Assembly (NCBI GenBank): GCA_040384765.1
Contig: JAZKIQ010000010.1
Span: forward strand, 43,208-80,416
Length of the DNA: 37,209 nucleotides
Source: Patescibacteria group bacterium
GTDB taxonomy: Bacteria > Patescibacteriota > Minisyncoccia > Phycocordibacterales > JBBUBG01
Reading direction: 5' to 3'
The translations under genes were made by a program, and so were the position numbers. Shown here one piece after another: positions 16,795 through 26,010 of the stretch. Below the pieces are notes generated by a model. It was not told the origin of the DNA. It was given only the letters and a program-made list of their open reading frames with translations, and searched no databases. Position 1 is the stretch's first letter. Every line of letters starts with the position of its first letter.

Positions 16795-17502
16795 TTACTG
16801 CCGCGTGCGTGCAAAGAATGCCCCTACCGCCGCAGGATCCCGGCGCGCAAAAACTCGATCAAGGAGACCGGTAACAAGCGCGGTCCCAAAAAGCGCAAGA
16901 AGGAGTGCGGCCGTATAGAGTCGACCCGTCCAGAGGGCTGAGAGCGTTTCAAATTGGTACGGATTTACGATCGACTTTGGAAGCCAAACAAGTGCCCCTG
17001 GATAGAGGCCGATAGTACGGCCGAGAGCAGAGGATGTGGAAGTAGGTGCGACAGGAAGAGGGGTTCCCACAGCAACCGTAGTTGTGGCTTTTACAGGAGT
17101 TCCCGTCGCAATGGAAGGAGAATAATCCTCTTCATCAGTAGTCGTAGCACTCGATGTAGTAGCTAACGGAGCAGCTGGGGTTGCCCCGACAACACCCGGA
17201 GAAGTAGTAGCACTTCGAGACTCTCCGAGACTCTCCGGCGTACTTGTCGTACCAAAAAGAATTCTCATAATCCCTCCCACCACAGAGCCTCTCTCGGAAG
17301 AGATCTCGTCCCTCTCACCACCACGAGGAGCCTCTTCTTTTTTCTCTTTTTGCCACTCATCAGAAAGAGCGTCGTACTCACGTGCCTCTAGAGGGCGGTG
17401 GAAAGATGGCACAAGCACAGCCACACCAAAAGCGCCGAAAAAAAGGACCGGTATGATGAGTCGTGAAATTCGCTTCATTACCCTTGCAAGACGAAAGGTC
17501 AC
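16795..17502 (-). CDS. Hypothetical membrane protein with Thr/Ser-rich low-complexity middle
   Basis: N- and C-terminal hydrophobic segments; co-oriented upstream of GH8-BcsA-GT-C. Confidence 0.6.
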   Translation of the reverse strand: MTFRLARVMKRISRLIIPVLFFGAFGVAVLVPSFHRPLEAREYDALSDEWQKEKKEEAPRGGERDEISSERGSVVGGIMRILFGTTSTPESLGESRSATTSPGVVGATPAAPLATTSSATTTDEEDYSPSIATGTPVKATTTVAVGTPLPVAPTSTSSALGRTIGLYPGALVWLPKSIVNPYQFETLSALWTGRLYTAALLLALFGTALVTGLLDRVFARRDPAAVGAFFARTRQ

Positions 17503-17595
17503 GATGGAGCTTACAGCTGGGCAGGAAAAGTACGAGACGTAACGGATCTATGGCCGTGCCGTCTCCGCACTATATCCAGAAGGTTTTGCTTTGCC

Positions 17596-18708
17596 ATGAT
17601 CAAAAAAAACATATCTCTTTCCCTCTTCTTTCCTGCATACAATGAAGAAAAAAATATCGCTGCTTCAGTCAAAAAGGCACAGGCGGTGCTCGAGCAGTGC
17701 GTAGATCAGTATGAAATAATCGTAGTCAACGACGGCAGTAGCGACCGCACGGGAGACATTATCGATGAGCTTTCACGGAAGGACAATCGCATCCGTGCAA
17801 TCCACCAAGCGAATACGGGATACGGAGGCGCAGTATGGAAAGGGGTCATGTCAGCACGATACGAGTATCTCTTTTTTACTGATGCGGATTTGCAGTTTGA
17901 TCTTGATGAGCTTCCACTGCTTCTTGCCCACGTGCCACCGTATCATGCCGTGCTTGGATACAGAGCAAAACGCCAAGACCCTTTCATGAGACTCGTGAAT
18001 GCCAAAGGTTGGAACATGCTCAATAGACTCCTTTTTGGTCTTCATGTTCGAGATATCGACTGCGCCTTTAAGCTTTTCAAAACGAGTGTTGTGCAGGCGC
18101 TTCCAGAACCAACAACAAGCGCCATGATGAGCGCCGAGATTCTCATTCGCCTTTCGCGTAAGGGCATCCACTGGGCAGAAATACCCGTAACACACCTTCC
18201 TCGCAAAGCAGGGGTGGCCACGGGAGCAAAGCCTGCAGTAATCGCACGGGCACTCCGATCGATGTGGACGCTTTTCTGGGGAGACCTTGGCCCCGCGGGC
18301 GCACAGCAATTTGCGCGTTTTGCCGGCGTCGGTATTGCAAATACGACAATCGACCTGGGGCTTTATACACTCCTCACTCGCACCATCGGTTTTTTCGGAG
18401 CCCAGCTTCTTGGTACAAAAGTACTCAGCTTTCTTGCCGGCACAGTGTTTAGTTTTATCGTAAATCGCCGCTGGACCTTTCAGAAAGAGGGCTCCGTTCG
18501 GATAGAAGAGGTCGTTCGATTTTATGCATCAGTTGGAGCGGGCCTTGCAATCAACGTCTTTTCGCTTCACCTCTTTCACAACGTACTCGGAATTCACGAC
18601 CTCGCTTCAGCCCTCCTTGCGACAGGAGCTTCGTTCATCTGGAACTTCGCTGCTTCTAAAATGTGGGTATTTAAAGGCGCTCCTCAGCAGATACTGAAGC
18701 GTGCTTAG
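17596..18708 (+). CDS. GT2 polyprenol-phosphate glycosyltransferase fused to GtrA flippase
   Basis: N-terminal PAYNEE, VNDGSSD, DADLQ and DIDCAFKL; C-terminal RFAGVG, NRRWTF and WVF (GtrA). Confidence 0.88.
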   Translation: MIKKNISLSLFFPAYNEEKNIAASVKKAQAVLEQCVDQYEIIVVNDGSSDRTGDIIDELSRKDNRIRAIHQANTGYGGAVWKGVMSARYEYLFFTDADLQFDLDELPLLLAHVPPYHAVLGYRAKRQDPFMRLVNAKGWNMLNRLLFGLHVRDIDCAFKLFKTSVVQALPEPTTSAMMSAEILIRLSRKGIHWAEIPVTHLPRKAGVATGAKPAVIARALRSMWTLFWGDLGPAGAQQFARFAGVGIANTTIDLGLYTLLTRTIGFFGAQLLGTKVLSFLAGTVFSFIVNRRWTFQKEGSVRIEEVVRFYASVGAGLAINVFSLHLFHNVLGIHDLASALLATGASFIWNFAASKMWVFKGAPQQILKRA

Positions 18709-19288
18709 AACCCCTTCCTCGAAAATAGGCAAAGAGCGCCGGGAAGAGCGAGAGCAGAATAATAAGCAGGATAATGGGGAGCAGATAGGTGTCGATATCG
18801 GGAATGGTATTACCAAGCCAAAAACCGAGAAGCGGAAGGCCGAGCGCCCATAAAACCGCGCCCACGATGTTGTAGATGAGAAAAGTCCGGTACGGCATCT
18901 CACCTACCCCTGCGAGGATAGGCACAAACGTTCTTCCCGCTGGGATAAACCGAGCAAGCACAATACTGCGCGGTCCATGCTTTGCAAAAAAGGTGCGGGC
19001 TCGCTCGAGGTGGCTCTTTCTAAAGATAAGGGAATCTTCTTTCGTGAAGATGCGCGGGCCCATACGAATACCAAAAGCGTATCCGGTCGAATCGCCAAGC
19101 ACCGCAGCAACAAACAGGAGCGGGCATAGTATCCAGATATTGAAATACCCTGCGGAGGCAAGAACCCCAGCAGTAAAGAGAGCACTATCACCCGGCAGGA
19201 AGAATCCGAAAAAGAGACCTGACTCAGCGTAGATCATTAAAAAGAGTCCGAGATATCCGATTGTTTGAATGAGTGAAGAAAGATCCAT
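18671..19288 (-). CDS. dedA: DedA-family membrane protein
   Basis: Motifs AESGLFFGFFLPGDS, GDSTGY.FG and ARFIP..RT. Confidence 0.92.
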   Translation of the reverse strand: MDLSSLIQTIGYLGLFLMIYAESGLFFGFFLPGDSALFTAGVLASAGYFNIWILCPLLFVAAVLGDSTGYAFGIRMGPRIFTKEDSLIFRKSHLERARTFFAKHGPRSIVLARFIPAGRTFVPILAGVGEMPYRTFLIYNIVGAVLWALGLPLLGFWLGNTIPDIDTYLLPIILLIILLSLFPALFAYFRGRGSKHASVSAEERL

Positions 19289-19302
19289 AAAAGGCAGTAT
19301 AC

Positions 19303-19343
19303 AGAACCACCGCCTGCGGCCCTAGCCCGCAGGCGGTGGTTCT
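19303..19343. terminator. 17-bp perfect hairpin downstream of the GH113-like gene
   Basis: AGAACCACCGCCTGCGG / CCGCAGGCGGTGGTTCT. Confidence 0.6.
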
Positions 19344-19354
19344 TCTAAAAAACT

Positions 19355-21190
19355 CTAATGATCTACGTATACAGAGATATCTTTCTGGGCGAGTGTATTT
19401 CCACCTATATCTTTTGCCGTAAACGTAAGCTTGTACGGATCGGCGCCGCGCCATGTCCACCCAGTCACATCGATGGTTGTCTCTTTGTGCGGATAGTCCT
19501 GCTCGGAGTCTCCCATTATATTCAACTGATCGCCATCAACCTGCCAGTAGAGAGAGTACTCAGAGAGGCTCCTATTTTCGAGCATAGCCTTGAGAGGCTG
19601 GAGGCCCGTAATACGCACCCCATCTGTCGGCCACCAGATCTGTATCGGACCAGCTGCAGGAGTCGGAGTTGGCGTAGGTGTTGGTGTGGGAGTCGGAGAC
19701 GATGCGCCAACGCTGCCTGTCACCACAGAATCGTTCCAGTAAAACTGGTTTGACCAATCACTCTTGAATACACCGACTTTTACCGTATAGCTCCCACTCG
19801 AACCAGTATTCCACGATACCGAATAACTCTTTGCTTGGTTTTGGGTAAACGACTCCCCTTCAAAAACCTTCTGTGCAACCTTGGCACCCGAACCGTCATA
19901 CACCTCAAGGTCTACGATGACGTTCTGCGAAGATCCATTTTCGTTCTTGAGAGAGATCGTTGCGGTTGCTCCGGCATTTGCAACCAGTGGCGACGGAGCG
20001 ATCGCACCGCTTGCACTCCATGTGCCTGTTGAAGTTGAGGGGGTGGGTGTTGGTGTTGGAGTGGGGGTTGGAGTTGGTGTAGGTGTAGGTGTTGGAGTGG
20101 GGGTTCCCGATCCGCCATACCACTCTTTCATGACAGACTCGGCCGGTTTGTGCTGCGGAGTGTAGTCCATATTGCCAGAGCCACCGTAGCTTGGATCAGA
20201 GGACCAGTTCCAAAGGAACACCCCCTGCATCCATGGATAACTGTTCCAATACTGGAAGAGCGCACGATAATCCTTCGCCTGGCCATCGGGGTCATACCAG
20301 CCACTTCGACCCCAGTCCCACGGCGCCTTGTAGGCATCGTTCACACTCCTGTATCCAAGCTCTCCAAACACCACCGGCTTCCCTACGCGAGCTTGAAACG
20401 GCTGGATATCGTTCTTGTTCCACCAATCCCATGCGGCAACAAGATACGAGGTCTCATTCGAGCCATAGTCGAGATTGTAGTACGGAGAAAGACTTACATA
20501 ATCAAGCGAACCCCAGAAGCCAACATATATTTTTTCGTTTGAATACTGATCAGAACTGTTATTGGTAGAGTTGGCACCATAGGTAATCTTACCTCCGTAT
20601 ATGGCTCTCAATGAACTGATCAAACTTTGCCAGTAGGCGGTATTCGAGCCGTTCCAGCTTGTCGAAGTGAGTCGGACGAGCTCCGTACCAATCGAGATTG
20701 ACTCAACCTTATGCTCCTGGGAGATAACGGCGAGATGGCGAAGAAGATTTCCGTACGCCCGAAACCATTCATCGCGACTCCACGGTTCAATATTGGCCCG
20801 CCACTCCCCCGTATACGAATCTGGATGCACCTTTATCTGGACGGCAAGGCCAATAGAATGTGCATACTGAATTGCTGATATGAGCGAAGCATCAGTCGGC
20901 GTATTCCATCCCGGTGCGATATCCGTTGAATACAGGTTTGACTGATAATAAGGCACCACAAGGGCCACATAGTTGGCGCCCGTTGCCCGGAGGTTATCAA
21001 GCGAGGTTTTCATCTCCGCAGAACCGAAATCCTCGGCATACCGCGGAGAGATAGCGGCACCCTTCATCCATGAAGAGACAGCCGCTTCGGCACGCGGAGG
21101 CAAAGACGCAACAGGCGCAAGCCCAATGGCGCACAAAAGCACAACTACCACAAACCGACTGAGCAACGAATACGAATGAGTGTATGTCAT
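19355..21190 (-). CDS. Secreted GH113-like (clan GH-A) glycoside hydrolase with PT linkers and two accessory modules
   Basis: Signal peptide ending AEA. Motifs WRA.I, IGTEL, YGAN and FGELGY; (PT)n linkers; C-terminal module shared with GH6. Start set at ATG 21190 (21226 possible). Confidence 0.75.
   Translation of the reverse strand: MTYTHSYSLLSRFVVVVLLCAIGLAPVASLPPRAEAAVSSWMKGAAISPRYAEDFGSAEMKTSLDNLRATGANYVALVVPYYQSNLYSTDIAPGWNTPTDASLISAIQYAHSIGLAVQIKVHPDSYTGEWRANIEPWSRDEWFRAYGNLLRHLAVISQEHKVESISIGTELVRLTSTSWNGSNTAYWQSLISSLRAIYGGKITYGANSTNNSSDQYSNEKIYVGFWGSLDYVSLSPYYNLDYGSNETSYLVAAWDWWNKNDIQPFQARVGKPVVFGELGYRSVNDAYKAPWDWGRSGWYDPDGQAKDYRALFQYWNSYPWMQGVFLWNWSSDPSYGGSGNMDYTPQHKPAESVMKEWYGGSGTPTPTPTPTPTPTPTPTPTPTPSTSTGTWSASGAIAPSPLVANAGATATISLKNENGSSQNVIVDLEVYDGSGAKVAQKVFEGESFTQNQAKSYSVSWNTGSSGSYTVKVGVFKSDWSNQFYWNDSVVTGSVGASSPTPTPTPTPTPTPAAGPIQIWWPTDGVRITGLQPLKAMLENRSLSEYSLYWQVDGDQLNIMGDSEQDYPHKETTIDVTGWTWRGADPYKLTFTAKDIGGNTLAQKDISVYVDH
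20043..20104 (-). repeat. Coding (Pro-Thr)n linker repeat
   Basis: GT-rich hexamer run encoding TPTPTP...; a second run lies at about 19660-19696. Confidence 0.8.
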
Positions 21191-21285
21191 GTAAGAAATA
21201 AAAAAGCTGCGAAAAAAAATCCTCATCTATGAAGATGCACAACTAGAGTGCTTCTTACTATTGCCGAGTGGACTCTGTACCAGCC

Positions 21286-21909
21286 CTAGGAAGACTCGTC
21301 GGTAAACACAATGAGCCGCTCAGAGTAAGTACGCGAACCACGCACCCAGGTACCGCCGCAAGTGACGAGGTTGAGATGAGATCCACCGTCTCTCGCGAGA
21401 AACACCGACTCTGCATCTGCAGACTGATAAGGCACCATCTTCTTCTCGCGCACCTTAAACTCCCGAGTAGAACCGTCGTCAAAAACCACCACCACGAGGT
21501 CTCCCTCCGAAAGATCGGCAAGATGTTTAAACACACCATCCCCTCCAAGTGCATCGTCAAAATGTCCTGCCATTACCGACGAGCCCTGATCACCGGGAAG
21601 CGGTCCATATTTGTACCATCCAACATCAGAAAAGCCTTTCGGTGTGGCCATAGCTCCACTGACCGTAATACCAACCTGTTGGATATTCGCGTCAACGGAA
21701 AGTGACGGCACAACCAGCCGAATAGGAAGGGCTGCGGTCTGGGAATGCTCGACGCGGCTGTTCAAAAGATACGCTGCTGGTACCGCATCTGTTTCGAGAA
21801 GAGCCTCATAGCTGCTAGCTCCAAGCGCACGAAAGAGCGTGGTAGAAAATACCGCGAGAGACGAAACCAAGAGCACGATCAAGAAAAGAGAGCCGGTTGG
21901 TTTTCGCAT
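21286..21909 (-). CDS. Class F sortase
   Basis: Motifs GWY..GP.PG..GS.V.AGH, LNLVTCGG and Y.ER; N-terminal TM. Start set at ATG 21909. Confidence 0.88.
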   Translation of the reverse strand: MRKPTGSLFLIVLLVSSLAVFSTTLFRALGASSYEALLETDAVPAAYLLNSRVEHSQTAALPIRLVVPSLSVDANIQQVGITVSGAMATPKGFSDVGWYKYGPLPGDQGSSVMAGHFDDALGGDGVFKHLADLSEGDLVVVVFDDGSTREFKVREKKMVPYQSADAESVFLARDGGSHLNLVTCGGTWVRGSRTYSERLIVFTDESS

Positions 21910-21923
21910 AAAGGCTGAGTTGC

Positions 21924-21956
21924 CCTTTGAAAGCGGCATCGTGCCGCTTTCAAAGG
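21924..21956. terminator. 15-bp hairpin between the LPNTG gene and the sortase
   Basis: CCTTTGAAAGCGGCA-tcg-TGCCGCTTTCAAAGG. Confidence 0.5.
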
Positions 21957-21980
21957 AGGCGCCGAACCGCGCCAATAAAA

Positions 21981-22397
21981 CTACGCCGTGATTTTGCGAG
22001 CGAGGAGCGCGCTACCACCGAGAAACACGATGAGCGCTGCCGCAAGAACTGACCAGACCGTTGCTATGTTACCGCCTGCGCCGGTATTCGGAAGTCCAGG
22101 AATTGCCGTCGCAGTTGTGGCAGAGATACTGCTGTCCGAGGTGAACGAACTACCGGTGAGGCCGGAGGTTGTTCCTGACACGGTACCACTCGTGGCATTC
22201 GTACCTCCCACCGTAGTGCCATTGCCGGTGAGACCTGTTACCCCGCCGCTTGTCGGCGCTACGGCGCCCTGATTACGCGTTTCAACAGAGCTCTGGGTAC
22301 CTGTCGTTTGCGCAAATGCGGGCGCTACTCCGAGGGCACAAGAAAGCGCAAGCGCAGCTCCAGCTGCGTAGTTGTAATAGTTTCGGTGTGACGTCAT
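21981..22397 (-). CDS. Small Thr/Gly-rich LPXTG sortase substrate
   Basis: Signal peptide ending AFA; LPNTG followed by a TM helix and an RK tail. Confidence 0.85.
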   Translation of the reverse strand: MTSHRNYYNYAAGAALALSCALGVAPAFAQTTGTQSSVETRNQGAVAPTSGGVTGLTGNGTTVGGTNATSGTVSGTTSGLTGSSFTSDSSISATTATAIPGLPNTGAGGNIATVWSVLAAALIVFLGGSALLARKITA

Positions 22398-22499
22398 ACG
22401 AAAGAGATGAACCTGATTAAAGAAAAGACCCGTTCGACCATCAGGTACGGAGACGAAACAAACAGAAACCTTTTACACAAGCCTTCTACAGCTCACTCG

Positions 22500-23564
22500 C
22501 TAGAGAGAAAAGACCAAATCGGAGAGATCGCGGCGGACGGCATTGATTGCATCCGCACTACCTCGCACGGGATAGATACGGTTTGAGAGCAGTGTATATG
22601 CAACTTCGCGCTCTGGGTCGACAACGACGACAGTGCCCGTAAAACCTGTTTTGCCAAACGTGCTCGGGCGTGAGCCGCTACCCATAAATCGCGGTTGATT
22701 GAGCTCCCAGCCAAGGCCAACCGATTCCCCAATCGATTCAAGCTGATTCGTATGCATAGAAAGAACCGTCTCTTTTTTGAAAAACTGAGTGCCATGTAAC
22801 GAACCCTCAGCGAGTAGCATAAGAAGAAAAGTAAGCAGATCCGGGGCGTTCGAAAAAAGGCCGGCATGGCCCACCACCGCGCGGCGCTGCTCCATAAAAA
22901 CGGCCGCGCTCTCGTCGTGCACAACTCCCCGCACAAAGCCGCGCCAGTCATTTATTTCGGTAGGCGCTATTCGCTCAAGTGGAAACTGTTCTGGATGAAA
23001 AGTGCTCTCACGCATACCAAGCGGCTTAAAAAAGTAGTGCTCCGCGAGCTCGTCTATTTTTTTGCCGGCCACGCGCTCGATCACGAGACCCAAGAGAAAG
23101 ATCGGAACGTTGGAATATTTAAAAACGGTTCCAGGCCGCTCTTTAAAGTCGTGCGTAAACACGTATTCGAGCATCGCTTCCGGAGACTCCTTATAAAATC
23201 GCGCTGTGCCGTATCCATCGAGGGAATACGTAAAAAGGTGGCGCATGCGGACGTTGTCCCGATCGGAGTTGCGAAACTCGGGTAGGTAGGAAGCAAGCTT
23301 CTGATCAAGATCTATCTTTCCCTCCTCAAGGAGACGAAGGCCAATTGATGCTGTCGGAATAGCTTTGGTTATCGAAGCACAATCGTATACCGTATCTTTC
23401 CCCACAAGCGGACTACCCGACTCATATGTCTGGCGGCCGACCGCTCGATACAAGCGTTCTCCGTTTTTTCGAACCACACCGAGCACAGCTCCGGGAAATA
23501 CTCTCTCTGCGACAGCTCTTGCAAGCCGCGCCTCTATTTGCACGAGAACCTCTTCTTGACTCAT
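22500..23564 (-). CDS. Serine hydrolase, class C beta-lactamase/AmiE-like
   Basis: Motifs SITK, YSN, G.VHDE, GHAGLFS and GKTGFTG. Confidence 0.9.
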   Translation of the reverse strand: MSQEEVLVQIEARLARAVAERVFPGAVLGVVRKNGERLYRAVGRQTYESGSPLVGKDTVYDCASITKAIPTASIGLRLLEEGKIDLDQKLASYLPEFRNSDRDNVRMRHLFTYSLDGYGTARFYKESPEAMLEYVFTHDFKERPGTVFKYSNVPIFLLGLVIERVAGKKIDELAEHYFFKPLGMRESTFHPEQFPLERIAPTEINDWRGFVRGVVHDESAAVFMEQRRAVVGHAGLFSNAPDLLTFLLMLLAEGSLHGTQFFKKETVLSMHTNQLESIGESVGLGWELNQPRFMGSGSRPSTFGKTGFTGTVVVVDPEREVAYTLLSNRIYPVRGSADAINAVRRDLSDLVFSL

Positions 23565-24028
23565 TAATTTCCTACCGCCAAAAGCTCCACCTCAAAGAGA
23601 AGGGTGGCATTGGGAGGGATAGGTCCGATACCCTGAGCACCATACCCGAGCTCCGATGCAATAACGAGTTTTCGTTTTCCACCAACCTTCATCCCAGCAA
23701 CACCAAGATCCCACCCCGCAATCACCTCCCCTGCTCCGAGAATAAAACTAAATGGCTGCCCATGATCACGCGAGCTATCAAACTTTGTTCCATTCTCGAG
23801 TGTGCCTGTATAGTGCACGGTCACCTTCTGGCCGGACACCGCTTCCGCGCCAGTGCCAACCAGAAGATCAGTGATAGCCAAATTCTCCGCTTGCGTGCCG
23901 TTCCCCCCGGTTTTTTCTTCTGATGATGTCATAGGTCCCGAGCGATAATATCCAGCGCCAATAATAAAAATGACAAGAAGCAAAAGTGCGCCAATGCCAT
24001 ACCATACGTTGCGTGTATCAGATTGCAT
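23564..24028 (-). CDS. FKBP-type peptidyl-prolyl isomerase, membrane-anchored
   Basis: Motifs VHYTGTL.NG.KFDSS, VI.GWD.G and IPPNATL.FEVELL. Start at ATG 24028. Confidence 0.93.
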   Translation of the reverse strand: MQSDTRNVWYGIGALLLLVIFIIGAGYYRSGPMTSSEEKTGGNGTQAENLAITDLLVGTGAEAVSGQKVTVHYTGTLENGTKFDSSRDHGQPFSFILGAGEVIAGWDLGVAGMKVGGKRKLVIASELGYGAQGIGPIPPNATLLFEVELLAVGN

Positions 24029-24130
24029 ACTATCCTTTGTATCACCAGCACGAAATGAGGGCAACTTTAAAAAGAGAACGCCGCACGGGAGTGGTCGCGC
24101 GGCGTCATTTTTGGATCACTCGAAACGAGG

Positions 24131-24805
24131 CTAGTAAGAAGCGTTCAGGCGCTCCCAGGCCTCCTTACTCTTTGGCCGGATCGCCTCCGAACCTTGCTTG
24201 CGGAGCGGACATGCGTCCGGACTCCACAACGGGAGATCCTTCTCGATGAGCGACACAATGCGCCTGCCGCCCACTTCCGAGCGGCCCGTGCGGTTGACGA
24301 TCACGAACGCCCACGGCATGACGACACCCTTGGCATCCACGATCGCCTTCGCGAGCTTCTCGAGCGAGCCGCCCGACGTAAGCACATCGTCGGCCATCAG
24401 GGTCCTTTCGCCCGGCTCCGGCTTCGTGGTGTCGAAGACGAGCTGTTTCTCCTTCCCCTCCCCTCGCTTCTCCGCGAAGACTGTGTAGATAGGCCACTCG
24501 TCATCCTCGCGAAAGTGCCACGCGGCGGCGGCGAGCTGATCGGCGAGCGTAATCGAGCCAAACTGAATGCCGCTCACGAGATCGAGCTTCTCGAACGGAA
24601 ACTTCGCTTCCGCGAGCGCCCCCAGCGCCTCATCCACGACATCGATCAAGCTGACCGGGTTGCGCATGATGAGCCTGCTGTTGACGTACGCACCCGAATG
24701 GCTCCCCGAAGTGAGGAGCGGGTGCGGCTGCTTCGGGTTGCCCCCGTGCTCCCACCAGCCTCCTACTTCCCTGTACCGTTCGATCCAGCGCTCTTGTCGA
24801 CCCAT
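24131..24805 (-). CDS. pyrE: Orotate phosphoribosyltransferase-like type I PRTase
   Basis: LLTSG.HS..Y and PRPP loop DDVLTSGGS; GGAGG SD lies 6 nt before the ATG at 24805. Confidence 0.7.
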   Translation of the reverse strand: MGRQERWIERYREVGGWWEHGGNPKQPHPLLTSGSHSGAYVNSRLIMRNPVSLIDVVDEALGALAEAKFPFEKLDLVSGIQFGSITLADQLAAAAWHFREDDEWPIYTVFAEKRGEGKEKQLVFDTTKPEPGERTLMADDVLTSGGSLEKLAKAIVDAKGVVMPWAFVIVNRTGRSEVGGRRIVSLIEKDLPLWSPDACPLRKQGSEAIRPKSKEAWERLNASY

Positions 24806-24906
24806 CATCTTCCTCCGTCTTGTTCGCACACACAGGTTCAGGTTCCACAGGCACCTTAGCGGATGCTTCTCGCAAAATCAATCACTACCCTATCAGTGGG
24901 CTCCTA

Positions 24907-25746
24907 TTACACACCGATAAGATGCGCCACCTCAGAGATACCCCAAATACCGAGCCCTACAAACACGAAACTTCCGATGAGAGAGATGATCGGATTTTTT
25001 ACCACTTTTATCGTATGAGCAGGTGAAATATAGAGCAACATATTGAGAAGCATGTGACCAACAAAAACACCGATACCGAAACCAAAAACATTAACGACAC
25101 TAAAGAGTGGAACATACCCGGCAAAGTCGTCGAGCCCAAGAATAAAAGGGACTGTGAACGAAAAAGCGAGGAGCGACCAGAAACCGGTCCGCTTTGCAGA
25201 CTTCATGCTTATCGATGGCACTACATATTTCAAAACAGGAGCGACGAGGCGGTTGAAGCGCCCGAGCCATAGCTCGAAATAAAAAACAGTTCGCCTAAAC
25301 CAGTTTGGGTAGCGATCATCCTCGTCTTTTGCATGCTCAAGGCTTTGCTCTGCCAGCTTAAAAAGCACCAGAGCGGCAAGAAAGATCATGAGAGCAAGGA
25401 GCCACTTCACCTCCTTGAAAAAGGTCCAGACCGCAAGCACGGCAAACGTACCTGCCGCATTTCCAAATGCCGTGCCGATCTCGATACTGAGCCGGCTCTT
25501 CCATCCAGCATTGTCGTGCATCAGATGTCCTATGAAGATTGCAAAATCGATAGAGGTTTTCAGATAGATGGTAAGGCCAACAAGCACATCTACCCAGCGG
25601 AATGAAAGGAGAATGTCGGTCGTCGTGAACTGATTAAGAAACAGAATCTCGAGAAAGAGTACCCCGACGAGGAAAGCGCATACGACGATTGTCGCGAGAA
25701 CCGGAAGAACCTGCTCCTTTAAAAAACCTGCTTGATGTGGATTCAT
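24907..25746 (-). CDS. Polytopic membrane protein, CadD/LysE-superfamily-like
   Basis: TSIDF and GLDDFAGYVPLF resemble the two CadD repeat motifs. Start at 25746 or 25788. Confidence 0.5.
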   Translation of the reverse strand: MNPHQAGFLKEQVLPVLATIVVCAFLVGVLFLEILFLNQFTTTDILLSFRWVDVLVGLTIYLKTSIDFAIFIGHLMHDNAGWKSRLSIEIGTAFGNAAGTFAVLAVWTFFKEVKWLLALMIFLAALVLFKLAEQSLEHAKDEDDRYPNWFRRTVFYFELWLGRFNRLVAPVLKYVVPSISMKSAKRTGFWSLLAFSFTVPFILGLDDFAGYVPLFSVVNVFGFGIGVFVGHMLLNMLLYISPAHTIKVVKNPIISLIGSFVFVGLGIWGISEVAHLIGV

Positions 25747-25831
25747 GGTCACTAGTATAGGATAAAAAGTGAGGGAGGATAAGTCCATCGGTCACAAGGT
25801 GAAAGTCTCCGTCGCTTCGATAAAGTCCATC

Positions 25832-25916
25832 GGTCACAAATATTTTCTCGCCGTCGCTCGAAAATTTCGCGACCCCGCCTCGGCCGTTTCTTTTGCTAAA
25901 GAAACATGCCTCCGGC
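25832..25916 (-). repeat. GCCGGA...GAGGCGGGGTCGC...TGTGACC structured repeat downstream of tRNA-His
   Basis: The same motif order occurs at 9822-9882 (-) and 27797-27862 (+). Confidence 0.7.
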
Positions 25917-25954
25917 TTCCGATTCCATACCGCAAGATACTCAAGTATCTTGCT

Positions 25955-26010
25955 TGCCTCCCAGAATATAAAAGTCCCGCATAAGCGGGACTTTTATATT
26001 CTGGGAGGCA
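25955..26010. terminator. 26-bp perfect hairpin including the tRNA-His 3' end
   Basis: TGCCTCCCAGAATATAAAAGTCCCGC-ataa-GCGGGACTTTTATATTCTGGGAGGCA. Confidence 0.7.

Noticed and set aside
20043-20104. CRISPR or telomere-like GT repeat
   Set aside because: It is an in-frame Pro-Thr linker. No repeat-spacer array or cas gene was seen anywhere in the window.
22500-23564. Antibiotic-resistance beta-lactamase
   Set aside because: No signal peptide, and the VHDE/GHAGLF motifs fit cytoplasmic esterase/amidase-type members.
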